Positions 20,047-28,726 of a stretch of 64,000 nt of DNA are shown here, piece by piece. Origin of the DNA: an uncultured archaeon. Its GTDB lineage: Archaea > Asgardarchaeota > Thorarchaeia > Thorarchaeales > Thorarchaeaceae. The DNA lies in contig CAZLEV010000003.1 in assembly GCA_964558645.1 (NCBI GenBank), positions 32,001-96,000 of the forward strand, given 5' to 3'. A program made the translations under genes and the position numbers. Under the pieces are notes generated by a model. It saw only the letters and a program-made list of their open reading frames with translations, ran no database searches and was not told the DNA's origin. Numbering within the stretch: position 1 is the stretch's first letter; every line of letters begins with the position of its first letter.

Positions 20047-21387
20047 TTACAGACGCCCCCAGAACTCATCTGTTCGCTTTTGCCTGCCAAATCCGAGCAT
20101 ATCATCAAATGCAACTATCAGTCTGTGCAGCCATGGAAACCGCTCTACAATGAATGTGACAGTTTTGTGAAGCCAGCCATTTCTCTTATTGAACGGGCAA
20201 GATCGTATGCAGTTGGAGCAATCGCATCCATTCTCAATCCAGAAGTTGTAGCAGGATTCGACATCAACGTACCACTTCTTTGCACCCGGATTGTTCGATT
20301 TGCTTTGTCCTGTCCAAGTTCTCTCTCTTTCATACGGGATTGACTGAGATGGACACATCTCTGCACATTTGCCACATATCTCACAGAATCGAGTCACCGC
20401 TTCGCAGAATCTTGTGTCGATTCGGCTGGGGACAAGTGGCATGTCAGTCAGCACCTTGGCCAACCTGACTCTTGGGCCATATTCTCGAGTTATCAGCAGT
20501 CCATGTCTGCCGTACTGCCCCAACCCAGCATCGATCGCAAGCGGAACGCTGAGTGCTATATCATTTCCACAGGGCACTGCTCGGTAGCCAAGTCTTCGCA
20601 ATAATGCAGAGACCTCGGTTTCCAAGAAGGCCATCCATGAGTAGCCCAATCCCGTCTCTGCGGAACTCGTGAAACTTGGGGACGTGGCTATGGCGTCATA
20701 GTTCATCTCTATGGCCATAACAATCGCATACTCGATCCCATCCGGAATATCGAATGTGTTACCTTCTCTGTCAGTGGAGTATATCCAGCGTTGATCAATC
20801 TGTGTTATCCCAACCAGATCTGCACCAAGAAACTTGGCGGCCCGTTTCACCATACTGGTGAGTGTCAATGGGCTAGCCTCTCTTCTTGTTCCTCTCTTGG
20901 TGCCCCTCGAGTCTTGTTCTATGATCTTTCGTTTATCATAATACTCCCAAGCGGCTCTTGTTAGTTCGTGCTCAAAGCGCGAGTATCCGGAAATCTGCCG
21001 AGAGATCATCTCGTCAGCACCGAAGAATTCTGACTTGCGGTGGTTCTGAAAGGTTGGATCGTTGTGTACTCTTGCAAAGACCATGTCAGACTCGGGAAAC
21101 CGTTTCAGCCGACTCGAGGTTTCATAGACTGCTATATCTCTGTCATCAGGTAAGAAAACTGATCTCTGAGACGGCGACTCCTCAGCTCGATTGTCTATCA
21201 GGATGGCATCAAACGGGCACGCTCTAGCACAGGCGAGGCAATTTGTGCACCTTGCTTGGTCAATCACGGGAAGTAGCGATTTCTCCTCCGCAACTAGGGG
21301 GGATTTCTCTCCATGGATATTCTGACAGGCATCTGCACATTCATATTGACAGTTTCTTGGGGCGCATCTGCTCGTATCGATCCTCAT
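20047..21387 (-). CDS. rdhA: Cobalamin-dependent reductive dehalogenase (no Tat leader) with an extra N-terminal 2x[4Fe-4S] domain
   Basis: VKRAAKFLGADLVGI, PLAIDAGLGQYGRHGLLIT..YGPRVRL.KVLTD, FCEICGKCAEMCPS, CY.FW..NGCDCSNCIRSCPFNK. Confidence 0.92.
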   Translation of the reverse strand: MRIDTSRCAPRNCQYECADACQNIHGEKSPLVAEEKSLLPVIDQARCTNCLACARACPFDAILIDNRAEESPSQRSVFLPDDRDIAVYETSSRLKRFPESDMVFARVHNDPTFQNHRKSEFFGADEMISRQISGYSRFEHELTRAAWEYYDKRKIIEQDSRGTKRGTRREASPLTLTSMVKRAAKFLGADLVGITQIDQRWIYSTDREGNTFDIPDGIEYAIVMAIEMNYDAIATSPSFTSSAETGLGYSWMAFLETEVSALLRRLGYRAVPCGNDIALSVPLAIDAGLGQYGRHGLLITREYGPRVRLAKVLTDMPLVPSRIDTRFCEAVTRFCEICGKCAEMCPSQSIPYERERTWTGQSKSNNPGAKKWYVDVESCYNFWIENGCDCSNCIRSCPFNKRNGWLHKTVTFIVERFPWLHRLIVAFDDMLGFGRQKRTDEFWGRL

Positions 21388-21438
21388 TGAATGTTTGCCC
21401 TCCTCTGGAGTCCCCTACAGGGCAGCATAGTCAATGAC

Positions 21439-22854
21439 CTATTTCCCGTCATTTCTGAGTTTCGACCTCGTCTGACTGAGTTTGAGTGCATTGGCCAAGG
21501 CTCTACCGGCTCTTTGAGGGCTTGAAAAGAACGGAATACCCCCCTGTTCAAGAATTTCAACCTTTGGTGGTGCTCTGTCCTGGGGAGAGTTGAGCACACT
21601 GACAACCAGTTTCTCCCACCTGTTCGTGACTTCAACAATCCTCTCTACTGGCATCCCTCCACCGATTCCCTCTTGGTAGTTTGGTGAGAAGACGGTTAGT
21701 AGAGCATCATACTCAGGCCTTTCGGCTATTATCTCAAAGGCCTTGGCAAAAACATCTGGTTCGGCCCAACCCTTGGCAAGGAGATCTATGGGATTCTTGA
21801 TGGGCACATGTACGGGCATTTCCAGGAGTTCTTCAATCCTGACCGCTGTATCACTATCCGGAACGGGCAATTCCATTCCATTCTCCTCCAATGTCTGTGC
21901 AGCAATCAACGCAATCCCCAGACTGTGGGTTATCACCGCCACCTTGTTGCCTATGGGTATTGACTTGGCTGTCGAAACAACCTTTGCTGTATCCATCATG
22001 TCTACTATGCTCGGGAGTTCTAACGCACCAGCCTGCTTGATTGCGGCAGAGTATATTTCTGCCTTGCCAGCCATACTCCCTGTGTGACTCAGCGCCGCTT
22101 CTCTTGATGCAGGTGTCTTGCCGACCTTGAACACAAGAACCGGTTTCTCTCGGGTTGTCTTGCGCATCTCCGAATACATGTCCCTTGCCTTTTCTGTTCC
22201 TTCAATGAACATACATATAGTACTGGTCTCTGAGTCATCTCGGAAGTATCGGAGAAGATCTGCAAAGTCTATGTTCACACGGTTCCCGACGCTCGCGAAT
22301 TTTGATACTCCCAGTCCATTGTCCGATGCTCTGTATAGCATGAGGCCGGATACACCGCCGCTTTGACTCACAATGGCAACAGACCCTTTTCGCAGGCCTA
22401 CAGGGTGTGGGAAGAACGTGGCGTTAAGATCTAGGTTCACATTTCCAGCCCCAAGGCAGTTGGGGCCAATTACTGCAATCTTCCCCGAATCTGCAACACT
22501 CTGAAGCTCACGTTGAGCTTTAGCACCTGCCTTGCCGAGCTCCTTAAATCCCGCTGAGAAGATGATTGCTCCGCCGACGCCTGCATCGGCGCACTCCTGC
22601 ATGGTCGGAAGTATGTGCTTCGGGCCAAGAGCTATGATTGCAAGATCTACCCTTTGACCAATCGCACCTATCTCAGGGTAGCATTCTAGGTGTCCAATCC
22701 TGTCTAGCCGCGGGTTGACAGGGAACACTTTGCCTCTGTAGTCTGATAGAGCAACAAGAGTGAGAGCCCCGAGTTTTTCGGCCTTGTCCGAAGCCCCAAT
22801 CACTGCAACCGAATCTGGATTGAAGAGCCTGTCAAGCGAATCATTCTTCCACAT
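21439..22854 (-). CDS. ADP-forming acyl-CoA synthetase, alpha (CoA-binding) subunit
   Basis: LFNPDSVAVIGAS, GPNCLG, SQSGG, phospho-His SHTGSMAG, NPIDL; no ATP-grasp domain. Confidence 0.9.
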   Translation of the reverse strand: MWKNDSLDRLFNPDSVAVIGASDKAEKLGALTLVALSDYRGKVFPVNPRLDRIGHLECYPEIGAIGQRVDLAIIALGPKHILPTMQECADAGVGGAIIFSAGFKELGKAGAKAQRELQSVADSGKIAVIGPNCLGAGNVNLDLNATFFPHPVGLRKGSVAIVSQSGGVSGLMLYRASDNGLGVSKFASVGNRVNIDFADLLRYFRDDSETSTICMFIEGTEKARDMYSEMRKTTREKPVLVFKVGKTPASREAALSHTGSMAGKAEIYSAAIKQAGALELPSIVDMMDTAKVVSTAKSIPIGNKVAVITHSLGIALIAAQTLEENGMELPVPDSDTAVRIEELLEMPVHVPIKNPIDLLAKGWAEPDVFAKAFEIIAERPEYDALLTVFSPNYQEGIGGGMPVERIVEVTNRWEKLVVSVLNSPQDRAPPKVEILEQGGIPFFSSPQRAGRALANALKLSQTRSKLRNDGK

Positions 22855-22925
22855 GAGTCCGTCTCCATCTCCCAAGCGGCCTCAACTGGATAACTGCCAC
22901 AAGGGGGCTACGCAGAGAGCGGGGG

Positions 22926-23840
22926 CTACTTATCCTCTACGGTCTGTAGCATACTCTTGATCTTTTTAGTCACAATCTCTGCCAGCTCAAGAGACACAGA
23001 CCGATAATCGTCAAGACCGAGTCTGGCTACACTCCCACTTTCTGCTTGTTGTCTAAGGTAGTATTGGATTTCTCTTGTCGCGTTGAATTCATCAAGTCTT
23101 TGTTGAGAGCTGCCCTGCACGCTTCTTAGACCGGTTGCAGAGAGCTTGGTAAGGAACATTGACCTATGAGTCTCCTCTGAGGGGTCTACTAGTATATCTA
23201 GGACACCCTGCGATAGATGTGAATACCGGCTTGGCTCAATATGGACCCCTTCGACAATCGAATGTATCCCCTCACCGAGAATGCGTTGTATCGTGGATGA
23301 GATATCTTCCCTCATCAACTGGCATTGCGCCAGATATCCGCGTACAACTGGCGACAGACTCTTGGCTCCTTGCTGCCTGAATTCGTAAGCCTGATAGGTA
23401 TGCACAAATAACTCCGGGTGAATGGACTCGTCGGATCTGGTTCGAAGCAGTTGGCGGACTGTGTCTGTGCTTATGATCCTAGTTATCGCTAGCAGCTCGA
23501 TTGCCATCAATGCAACCATGGATTTTCCAGTAGCAGATGCACCCTCAATCATTAGTGTCAGGGGAGGTACTTTGCCTTCCCGGCGAAGGGCTTCATAGCG
23601 AAAAAGCATCTCAAGCAAATCGGCATATTTCGCGTTAAGTCCTGAGGCCTTCGTCTTCAGTTCCTCGATGAGGTTCATCTCTGATTCAATAACACTGCCC
23701 CTATGTACGGAGAGAATTTCGTCGAGTACTCGCTCGCATTCAAGTCGGTTCATGCCAGCAAGAAGCAGCCAGCCCCGAAGTGGAGCAATAGGATAAGGAA
23801 TGATCTCATCTTGAAACGCCACACGCAATAGGCACACCAC
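22926..23840 (-). CDS. 2-phosphoglycerate kinase-like P-loop kinase
   Basis: GASATGKS, ISTDTVRQLLR, IVEGVHI. Confidence 0.8.
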   Translation of the reverse strand: MVCLLRVAFQDEIIPYPIAPLRGWLLLAGMNRLECERVLDEILSVHRGSVIESEMNLIEELKTKASGLNAKYADLLEMLFRYEALRREGKVPPLTLMIEGASATGKSMVALMAIELLAITRIISTDTVRQLLRTRSDESIHPELFVHTYQAYEFRQQGAKSLSPVVRGYLAQCQLMREDISSTIQRILGEGIHSIVEGVHIEPSRYSHLSQGVLDILVDPSEETHRSMFLTKLSATGLRSVQGSSQQRLDEFNATREIQYYLRQQAESGSVARLGLDDYRSVSLELAEIVTKKIKSMLQTVEDK

Positions 23841-23888
23841 TTCCCGTCCGGTCTATCCTCATTCAAAAGGTATTCGGCATGATTGCTA

Positions 23889-24362
23889 TCAGAAGTCCTT
23901 CTGCACACAATACCCTCTATTCTCCCGAGCGGGTCGTCCCGAGAAGGTTCTCCCTATGGTTGCTCCCTTCTTCTTTGTGCCTTTCCAAGCGAACGGTTTG
24001 CTCATGTCTCTGGAGGAGACTGGTGAGAAGCGAGAGTTCATGAGGGAACGGATAGTACCGTCAGGACCCTTCTTCAACTGCATAGCCTCATTGTATACGC
24101 CCACATGGGCGTTGGTCAGAAGATAATGGTGCCCCCTCTCAATCAAGTCGATGTCGTTATCCCATAGGACAAGCTCTATACGTCCTGTAGTGTCTGCAAT
24201 TCTGGCTACTGCTACTCGATGGTGTCGTCCAGTTCTTTTCGAGGTAACAACTCGGTGTCCATTGATATCTAGTACCTTGAACCTGATCCTGAGAGACGCC
24301 ATAGAGGGTTGCAGCTCTCCGATAGTGGTAGCCTGCTTCTGCTCAGTGAGGTGTTCGTTCAA
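23889..24362 (-). CDS. Single-OB-fold ssDNA-binding protein (SSB/RPA-like)
   Basis: TIGELQP, IADTTGRIELVLWD, LTNAHVGVYN. Confidence 0.85.
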   Translation of the reverse strand: MNEHLTEQKQATTIGELQPSMASLRIRFKVLDINGHRVVTSKRTGRHHRVAVARIADTTGRIELVLWDNDIDLIERGHHYLLTNAHVGVYNEAMQLKKGPDGTIRSLMNSRFSPVSSRDMSKPFAWKGTKKKGATIGRTFSGRPARENRGYCVQKDF

Positions 24363-24591
24363 ACTACTCTATTCCTGCTGAGATACTGTATCTCTAGATG
24401 ATAGATAAGCACCACAAGGAATCGAATGGGAATACACTTGACATATCTTCTGGGTATTGTGTTCGATTTCGATACGAATAGATGCAGTCCTTTCCAAACC
24501 GATAGAAAAAACATCGAATATGTATGTTTGCGATTCCCTAATCCTTATTGGGAAACTTACAATCCGAAACCCGGACGATAGACAAGGACTG

Positions 24592-25659
24592 ATGAGAATG
24601 TGTCCCTCATATGTGATGAAACAAGATGATATCACCAAGCTGATCGAGTCTGTAAAAGACAGCTTCGATATCTTTGGTCCGGTCAAGAAGCGCACCAAGC
24701 ACGTCTTCGATAAGATTGATGACCCTGCGCAGATTGACATGGCCTATGACAGTACAATCCTGTCACCTAGGAAATTCTTCCAACCACCCAGTGAGGTCAT
24801 GATGACTTTCAATCTGGAAGATAAGAATGTCGAAGACACCCTCAACGCCCTTAGGGCGGAGCGCCCCCGACTGATTCTTGGTGTTCATTCGTGTGACCTC
24901 AATGGCATTCTGCTTCTTGACAAGGTGTTTGGGGGGCAGTATGTGGATCACTATTACAGGATACGACGAGAGAACACCACTCTGGTCGGCCTTAATTGTC
25001 TGGAGCCTTGTGAATATGGCTTCTGCCGATCGATGAACACACATCATGTGATTGAAGGATACGACCTGTTTCTGACGCCCATAGATGGCGACCGGTATTT
25101 CGTCCAGGTGGGAACCGCAAAGGGTGAACACCTCATCCACATGGCGGAGGATCTATTCGAAACGGCTAATGAGAACGATATTCAATCCTTCAAAGATGCT
25201 CTAAAGCATAAACAGGAATCTCTTCCTCATGAGCTAGACCTAGAGGGCATAAATGAATACCTCGACCTCTCTTTCTCGCATCCTATATGGGACGAGATAG
25301 CTGAAGACTGCGTCAATTGTGGAGCCTGTGCAATGGTGTGTCCCACTTGTTACTGCTATGATGTTATCGACGAGCTTGACATCTCTCTTACCTCGGCTGA
25401 CAGAACACGCAAATGGGATGCCTGTCTGTTCCAAGAGTTCGCTCTTGTGGCAGGAGGACATAATTTCCGAGATACACCTGCAGCTCGTCTCAAGTATCGG
25501 TTCTATCACAAGATGCGCGGCTTTGCTAACGAGCACGGCATCATTGGATGTACGGGATGCGGTCGATGTACCGCTGCTTGTCCGAGTGATATTAGCATCA
25601 AAGAGGTTCTGAGAGAGCTCTCCACCCTCTGGGAAGTCCCATTGAGTGAGGTGAAGTAG
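24592..25659 (+). CDS. hydB: Group 3b [NiFe]-hydrogenase (sulfhydrogenase) beta subunit, AsrA-like Fe-S
   Basis: SPRKFF, GVHSCD, CVNCGACAMVCPTCYC, CTGCGRCTAACP; start 24592 or 24598. Confidence 0.92.
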   Translation: MRMCPSYVMKQDDITKLIESVKDSFDIFGPVKKRTKHVFDKIDDPAQIDMAYDSTILSPRKFFQPPSEVMMTFNLEDKNVEDTLNALRAERPRLILGVHSCDLNGILLLDKVFGGQYVDHYYRIRRENTTLVGLNCLEPCEYGFCRSMNTHHVIEGYDLFLTPIDGDRYFVQVGTAKGEHLIHMAEDLFETANENDIQSFKDALKHKQESLPHELDLEGINEYLDLSFSHPIWDEIAEDCVNCGACAMVCPTCYCYDVIDELDISLTSADRTRKWDACLFQEFALVAGGHNFRDTPAARLKYRFYHKMRGFANEHGIIGCTGCGRCTAACPSDISIKEVLRELSTLWEVPLSEVK

Positions 25660-26502
25660 ATGCAACTGCAAGTCAAGAAAGAAAATGTGTATGTTCCAGA
25701 CCTGGCCAAGCTGGTCTCAAAAAGGAAGATGAGTGATACTGAATCCCTCTTTGAATTCGAATTCGTGGATTCCAAGTTACGTGCCCTGTTCGACTATCGA
25801 CCTGGCCAGTTCGTTCAGTTGAGCATGTTTGGTATTGGTGAGGCTCCGTTCTCGATCAGCTCAACTCCTACGAGAAAAGGGTTCATCGAGCTCGGAATTC
25901 GCAGAACCGGCAGTGTTACCAATGCAATCCATAATCTGGAGATTGGTGATGTCGTTGGAATCAGAGGACCCTATGGCAATGGCTTTCCAATTGAGAATCT
26001 CAAGGGACGAAATCTCCTCTTCGTTGCGGGAGGTATTGGGCTTGTCCCGTTGCGTTCGCTGATCAATTACGTCATTGATAGACGTTCTCAATTTGGAGAT
26101 GTGACAATCTTCTATGGTACGAGGAGCCCATCCGAGATTATCTTCAAGGATGAGATTGCCGCATGGGATGCATTGGACGATGTGGACTTTCTGATGACTG
26201 TGGACGCGGGCGATAAGAACTGGAACGGCAATGTCGGTGTTGTCACGACCCTCTTCCAGAAGCGAGATATTGACCCTGATACAGTTGCTCTGGTCTGCGG
26301 TCCGCCGGTGATGTACAAGTTCGTCGTCAAGGAACTCTTGAAGATTGGTATTGGACGTGATGAGATTCTTGTTTCACTCGAGAGACGAATGAAGTGTGGA
26401 GTGGGTAAGTGCGCTCACTGTCAGATTGGCCATAAGCTCACGTGCATGGATGGACCAGTCTTCTCTATCTTTGAGGTAGAGCAATTGCAGGAGGCGATCT
26501 AA
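25660..26502 (+). CDS. hydG: Sulfhydrogenase gamma subunit (FAD/NAD(P), [2Fe-2S])
   Basis: PGQFV, GEAPFSISS, RGPYGNGF, AGGIGL, CGPPVM, ERRMKCGVGKCAHC. Confidence 0.94.
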   Translation: MQLQVKKENVYVPDLAKLVSKRKMSDTESLFEFEFVDSKLRALFDYRPGQFVQLSMFGIGEAPFSISSTPTRKGFIELGIRRTGSVTNAIHNLEIGDVVGIRGPYGNGFPIENLKGRNLLFVAGGIGLVPLRSLINYVIDRRSQFGDVTIFYGTRSPSEIIFKDEIAAWDALDDVDFLMTVDAGDKNWNGNVGVVTTLFQKRDIDPDTVALVCGPPVMYKFVVKELLKIGIGRDEILVSLERRMKCGVGKCAHCQIGHKLTCMDGPVFSIFEVEQLQEAI

Positions 26503-27276
26503 TTGGGTAACAACGGAAAGCCCACTGTCGGCATCTTTGGCCTTACAGGCTGTGCTGGCTGTCAGTTGAACATCCTCAATATTGAGGATAACCTTCTGGA
26601 CATTCTGAAGCTGGTTGACATCACCAGTTGGGTCATGGCGAAGCAGGACAACAGCGAAGGCCCTTGGGATGTCGCTTTTGTGGAGGGGTCTGTCGCAAAG
26701 CAGTCTGAAGTGGATCGGGTGAAGAAGATTCGTGAGAAATCAGGGGTTCTAGTTGCCATTGGAGCGTGTGCCACTCATGGTGGATTGCCTGGCCTTCGCA
26801 ATTTCAGGGACATCGACGAGATGACGAGGATTGTCTACGGCGAGGATAACGAGCGCATCGACGCAATTCCCATCAAACCCGTTTCTGCCTATGTCGATGT
26901 GGACTATGAACTACCTGGCTGTCCGATGGAGAAGAGCGAGTTCGTCGAGATTGTTAAGTCACTGGTCATGGGCAAGAAACCGTATATTCCTCAATACAGC
27001 GTCTGTGGAGAGTGCAAGGCGCTTGAGAACATCTGCCTGTTGAAGGAAGGTAAGTTTTGCATGGGCCCAATCACACAGGCCGGATGCAATGCTCTCTGCC
27101 CCTCACACGGAGCTGCCTGTGAGGGCTGTAGAGGGCCTGCACCTGAGGCTAACTGGGCCGCCGAAGTGAAGATCTTGAAGGAGATAGGTGCTACAGGCGA
27201 TGATGTACGACGGAAATTCTTGAAGTATTGCCCGTCCGTGGCTGACATGCCTGCGTTTAAGGAGTTGGAATTCTAA
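26503..27276 (+). CDS. hydD: Sulfhydrogenase delta ([NiFe] small) subunit
   Basis: TGCAGC, EGSV, GACATHGG, PGCP, CMGPIT.AGC.A.CP..G..CEGCRGP. Confidence 0.94.
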   Translation: MGNNGKPTVGIFGLTGCAGCQLNILNIEDNLLDILKLVDITSWVMAKQDNSEGPWDVAFVEGSVAKQSEVDRVKKIREKSGVLVAIGACATHGGLPGLRNFRDIDEMTRIVYGEDNERIDAIPIKPVSAYVDVDYELPGCPMEKSEFVEIVKSLVMGKKPYIPQYSVCGECKALENICLLKEGKFCMGPITQAGCNALCPSHGAACEGCRGPAPEANWAAEVKILKEIGATGDDVRRKFLKYCPSVADMPAFKELEF

Positions 27277-28556
27277 TGGGTACTGAGAGTATTGACATTA
27301 AACATATAGCTCGTGTTGAAGGACATGGGTCCCTCTACGTTACGACGAAGGACGGCGAGCTAGTTGACGTGAAGATGGCTGTTGATGAGGGGGCTCGGCT
27401 CTTTGAGGCATTCCTTCAGGGTAGAGAATATACCGAAGTCCCTGAGATAGCATGCCGGATCTGCGCCATCTGCAGTGCATCTCATAGAGTTGTTTCTACA
27501 AAGGCTGTAGAGAAGGCAATGGGCATTCAGGTCGACCAGCAGGTGACAGACCTTCGAAGGTTGCTTGTCTGGGGTGAATACATAGAGTCGCATATTCTCC
27601 ATGCGCTATACTTGGCGCTTCCCGATTATGTTGGTCATGAGAGCGTCATTTCCGCCGCTGCGGACTTCCCCGATGTCGTCAAGATTGCCCTGAAACTCAA
27701 GAAACTGGGGAACGATCTCCAGATTCTCACAGGAGGACGTGAGGTTCATCAAGTGACTCCCATGGTGGGGGGCTTTTCGGCTTACCCTGCACATCAAGAT
27801 TTGGAAGTGCTTCATGACAGACTTCAAGATGCACGACCTGACCTACAGACCTGCCTCGATGTCTGGGCCAGTCTTGAGGAACCGGAGTTCGAACGCAAAA
27901 CAGACTACTTTGCTCTTCGGAAAGATGATGAATATGCTCTTGTTGGTGGTGACCTCGCATCACTGAGCGGTGTTCGGGCGCCTGTTGAAGACTACAAGCA
28001 ATACATCACCGAGAGGGTTCCTGAGTATAGCTACGCAAAGGCTGGAATCAGAGATGGTCACGGCATCTTTGTCGGTGCTTTGGCTCGTTTGAATATCAAC
28101 CGAGACCTACTCTCTCCCTTTGCCAAGTCTGCACTGAAGACCCTGGGCATCGAACTACCCAGCTACAACACGTTCCACAACAATGCTGCTCAGCTCATCG
28201 AGACGGCTCAAGTGTTTGATATGGCTGATGAAACGATAAGCAGTCTCTTGTCATCAGACCTGGAGTGGCACGAGCCTGAGACTGTTCCCAAGGCTGGGAA
28301 GGGCACAGCAATGACAGAAGCTCCTCGAGGAACTCTTGTCCATTCGTACGAGTTCGACAAAGATGGTCTGCTCAAGACTGCGGATATCATCGCTCCGACT
28401 ACCATGAACTACACGAACATGGAAGAGGATGTCAGAGCCCTGTTTCCGCAGATTGCCGGCAAGAGTCGTCAGGAGATCGAGCTTATGCTCAATCGCCTAA
28501 TCAGGGCATACGATCCCTGTATCAGTTGCTCTTGTCATCTGGCTGAAATCCTGTAG
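27276..28556 (+). CDS. hydA: Sulfhydrogenase alpha ([NiFe] large) subunit
   Basis: RVEGHG, L1 RICAIC, EAPRG, L2 RAYDPCISCSCH plus 5-aa tail. Confidence 0.95.
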   Translation: MGTESIDIKHIARVEGHGSLYVTTKDGELVDVKMAVDEGARLFEAFLQGREYTEVPEIACRICAICSASHRVVSTKAVEKAMGIQVDQQVTDLRRLLVWGEYIESHILHALYLALPDYVGHESVISAAADFPDVVKIALKLKKLGNDLQILTGGREVHQVTPMVGGFSAYPAHQDLEVLHDRLQDARPDLQTCLDVWASLEEPEFERKTDYFALRKDDEYALVGGDLASLSGVRAPVEDYKQYITERVPEYSYAKAGIRDGHGIFVGALARLNINRDLLSPFAKSALKTLGIELPSYNTFHNNAAQLIETAQVFDMADETISSLLSSDLEWHEPETVPKAGKGTAMTEAPRGTLVHSYEFDKDGLLKTADIIAPTTMNYTNMEEDVRALFPQIAGKSRQEIELMLNRLIRAYDPCISCSCHLAEIL

Positions 28557-28565
28557 TTCATCAAT

Positions 28566-28598
28566 GGGGGTTACCACCCCCTTCCCTCTTTCATTCTT
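28566..28598 (+). terminator. Hairpin + pyrimidine tract after hydrogenase operon
   Basis: GGGGGT-tacc-ACCCCC then ttccctctttcattctt. Confidence 0.55.
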
Positions 28599-28726
28599 GG
28601 ACTCCTCCCAATATCAGAGTGATTGCCTTGCCGTGTATTGCAGTTTAGTGATTCAGGGGGCAGCTGCAAAATGCTTTTGTGACCAACTTATTATATTGCA
28701 GGAATGACTCTGCAGGAAGAGAAACA

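Noticed and set aside
22903-22929. 9-bp direct repeat GGGGGCTAC x2
   Set aside because: Only two copies 9 nt apart with no element between; not a CRISPR or a credible target-site duplication
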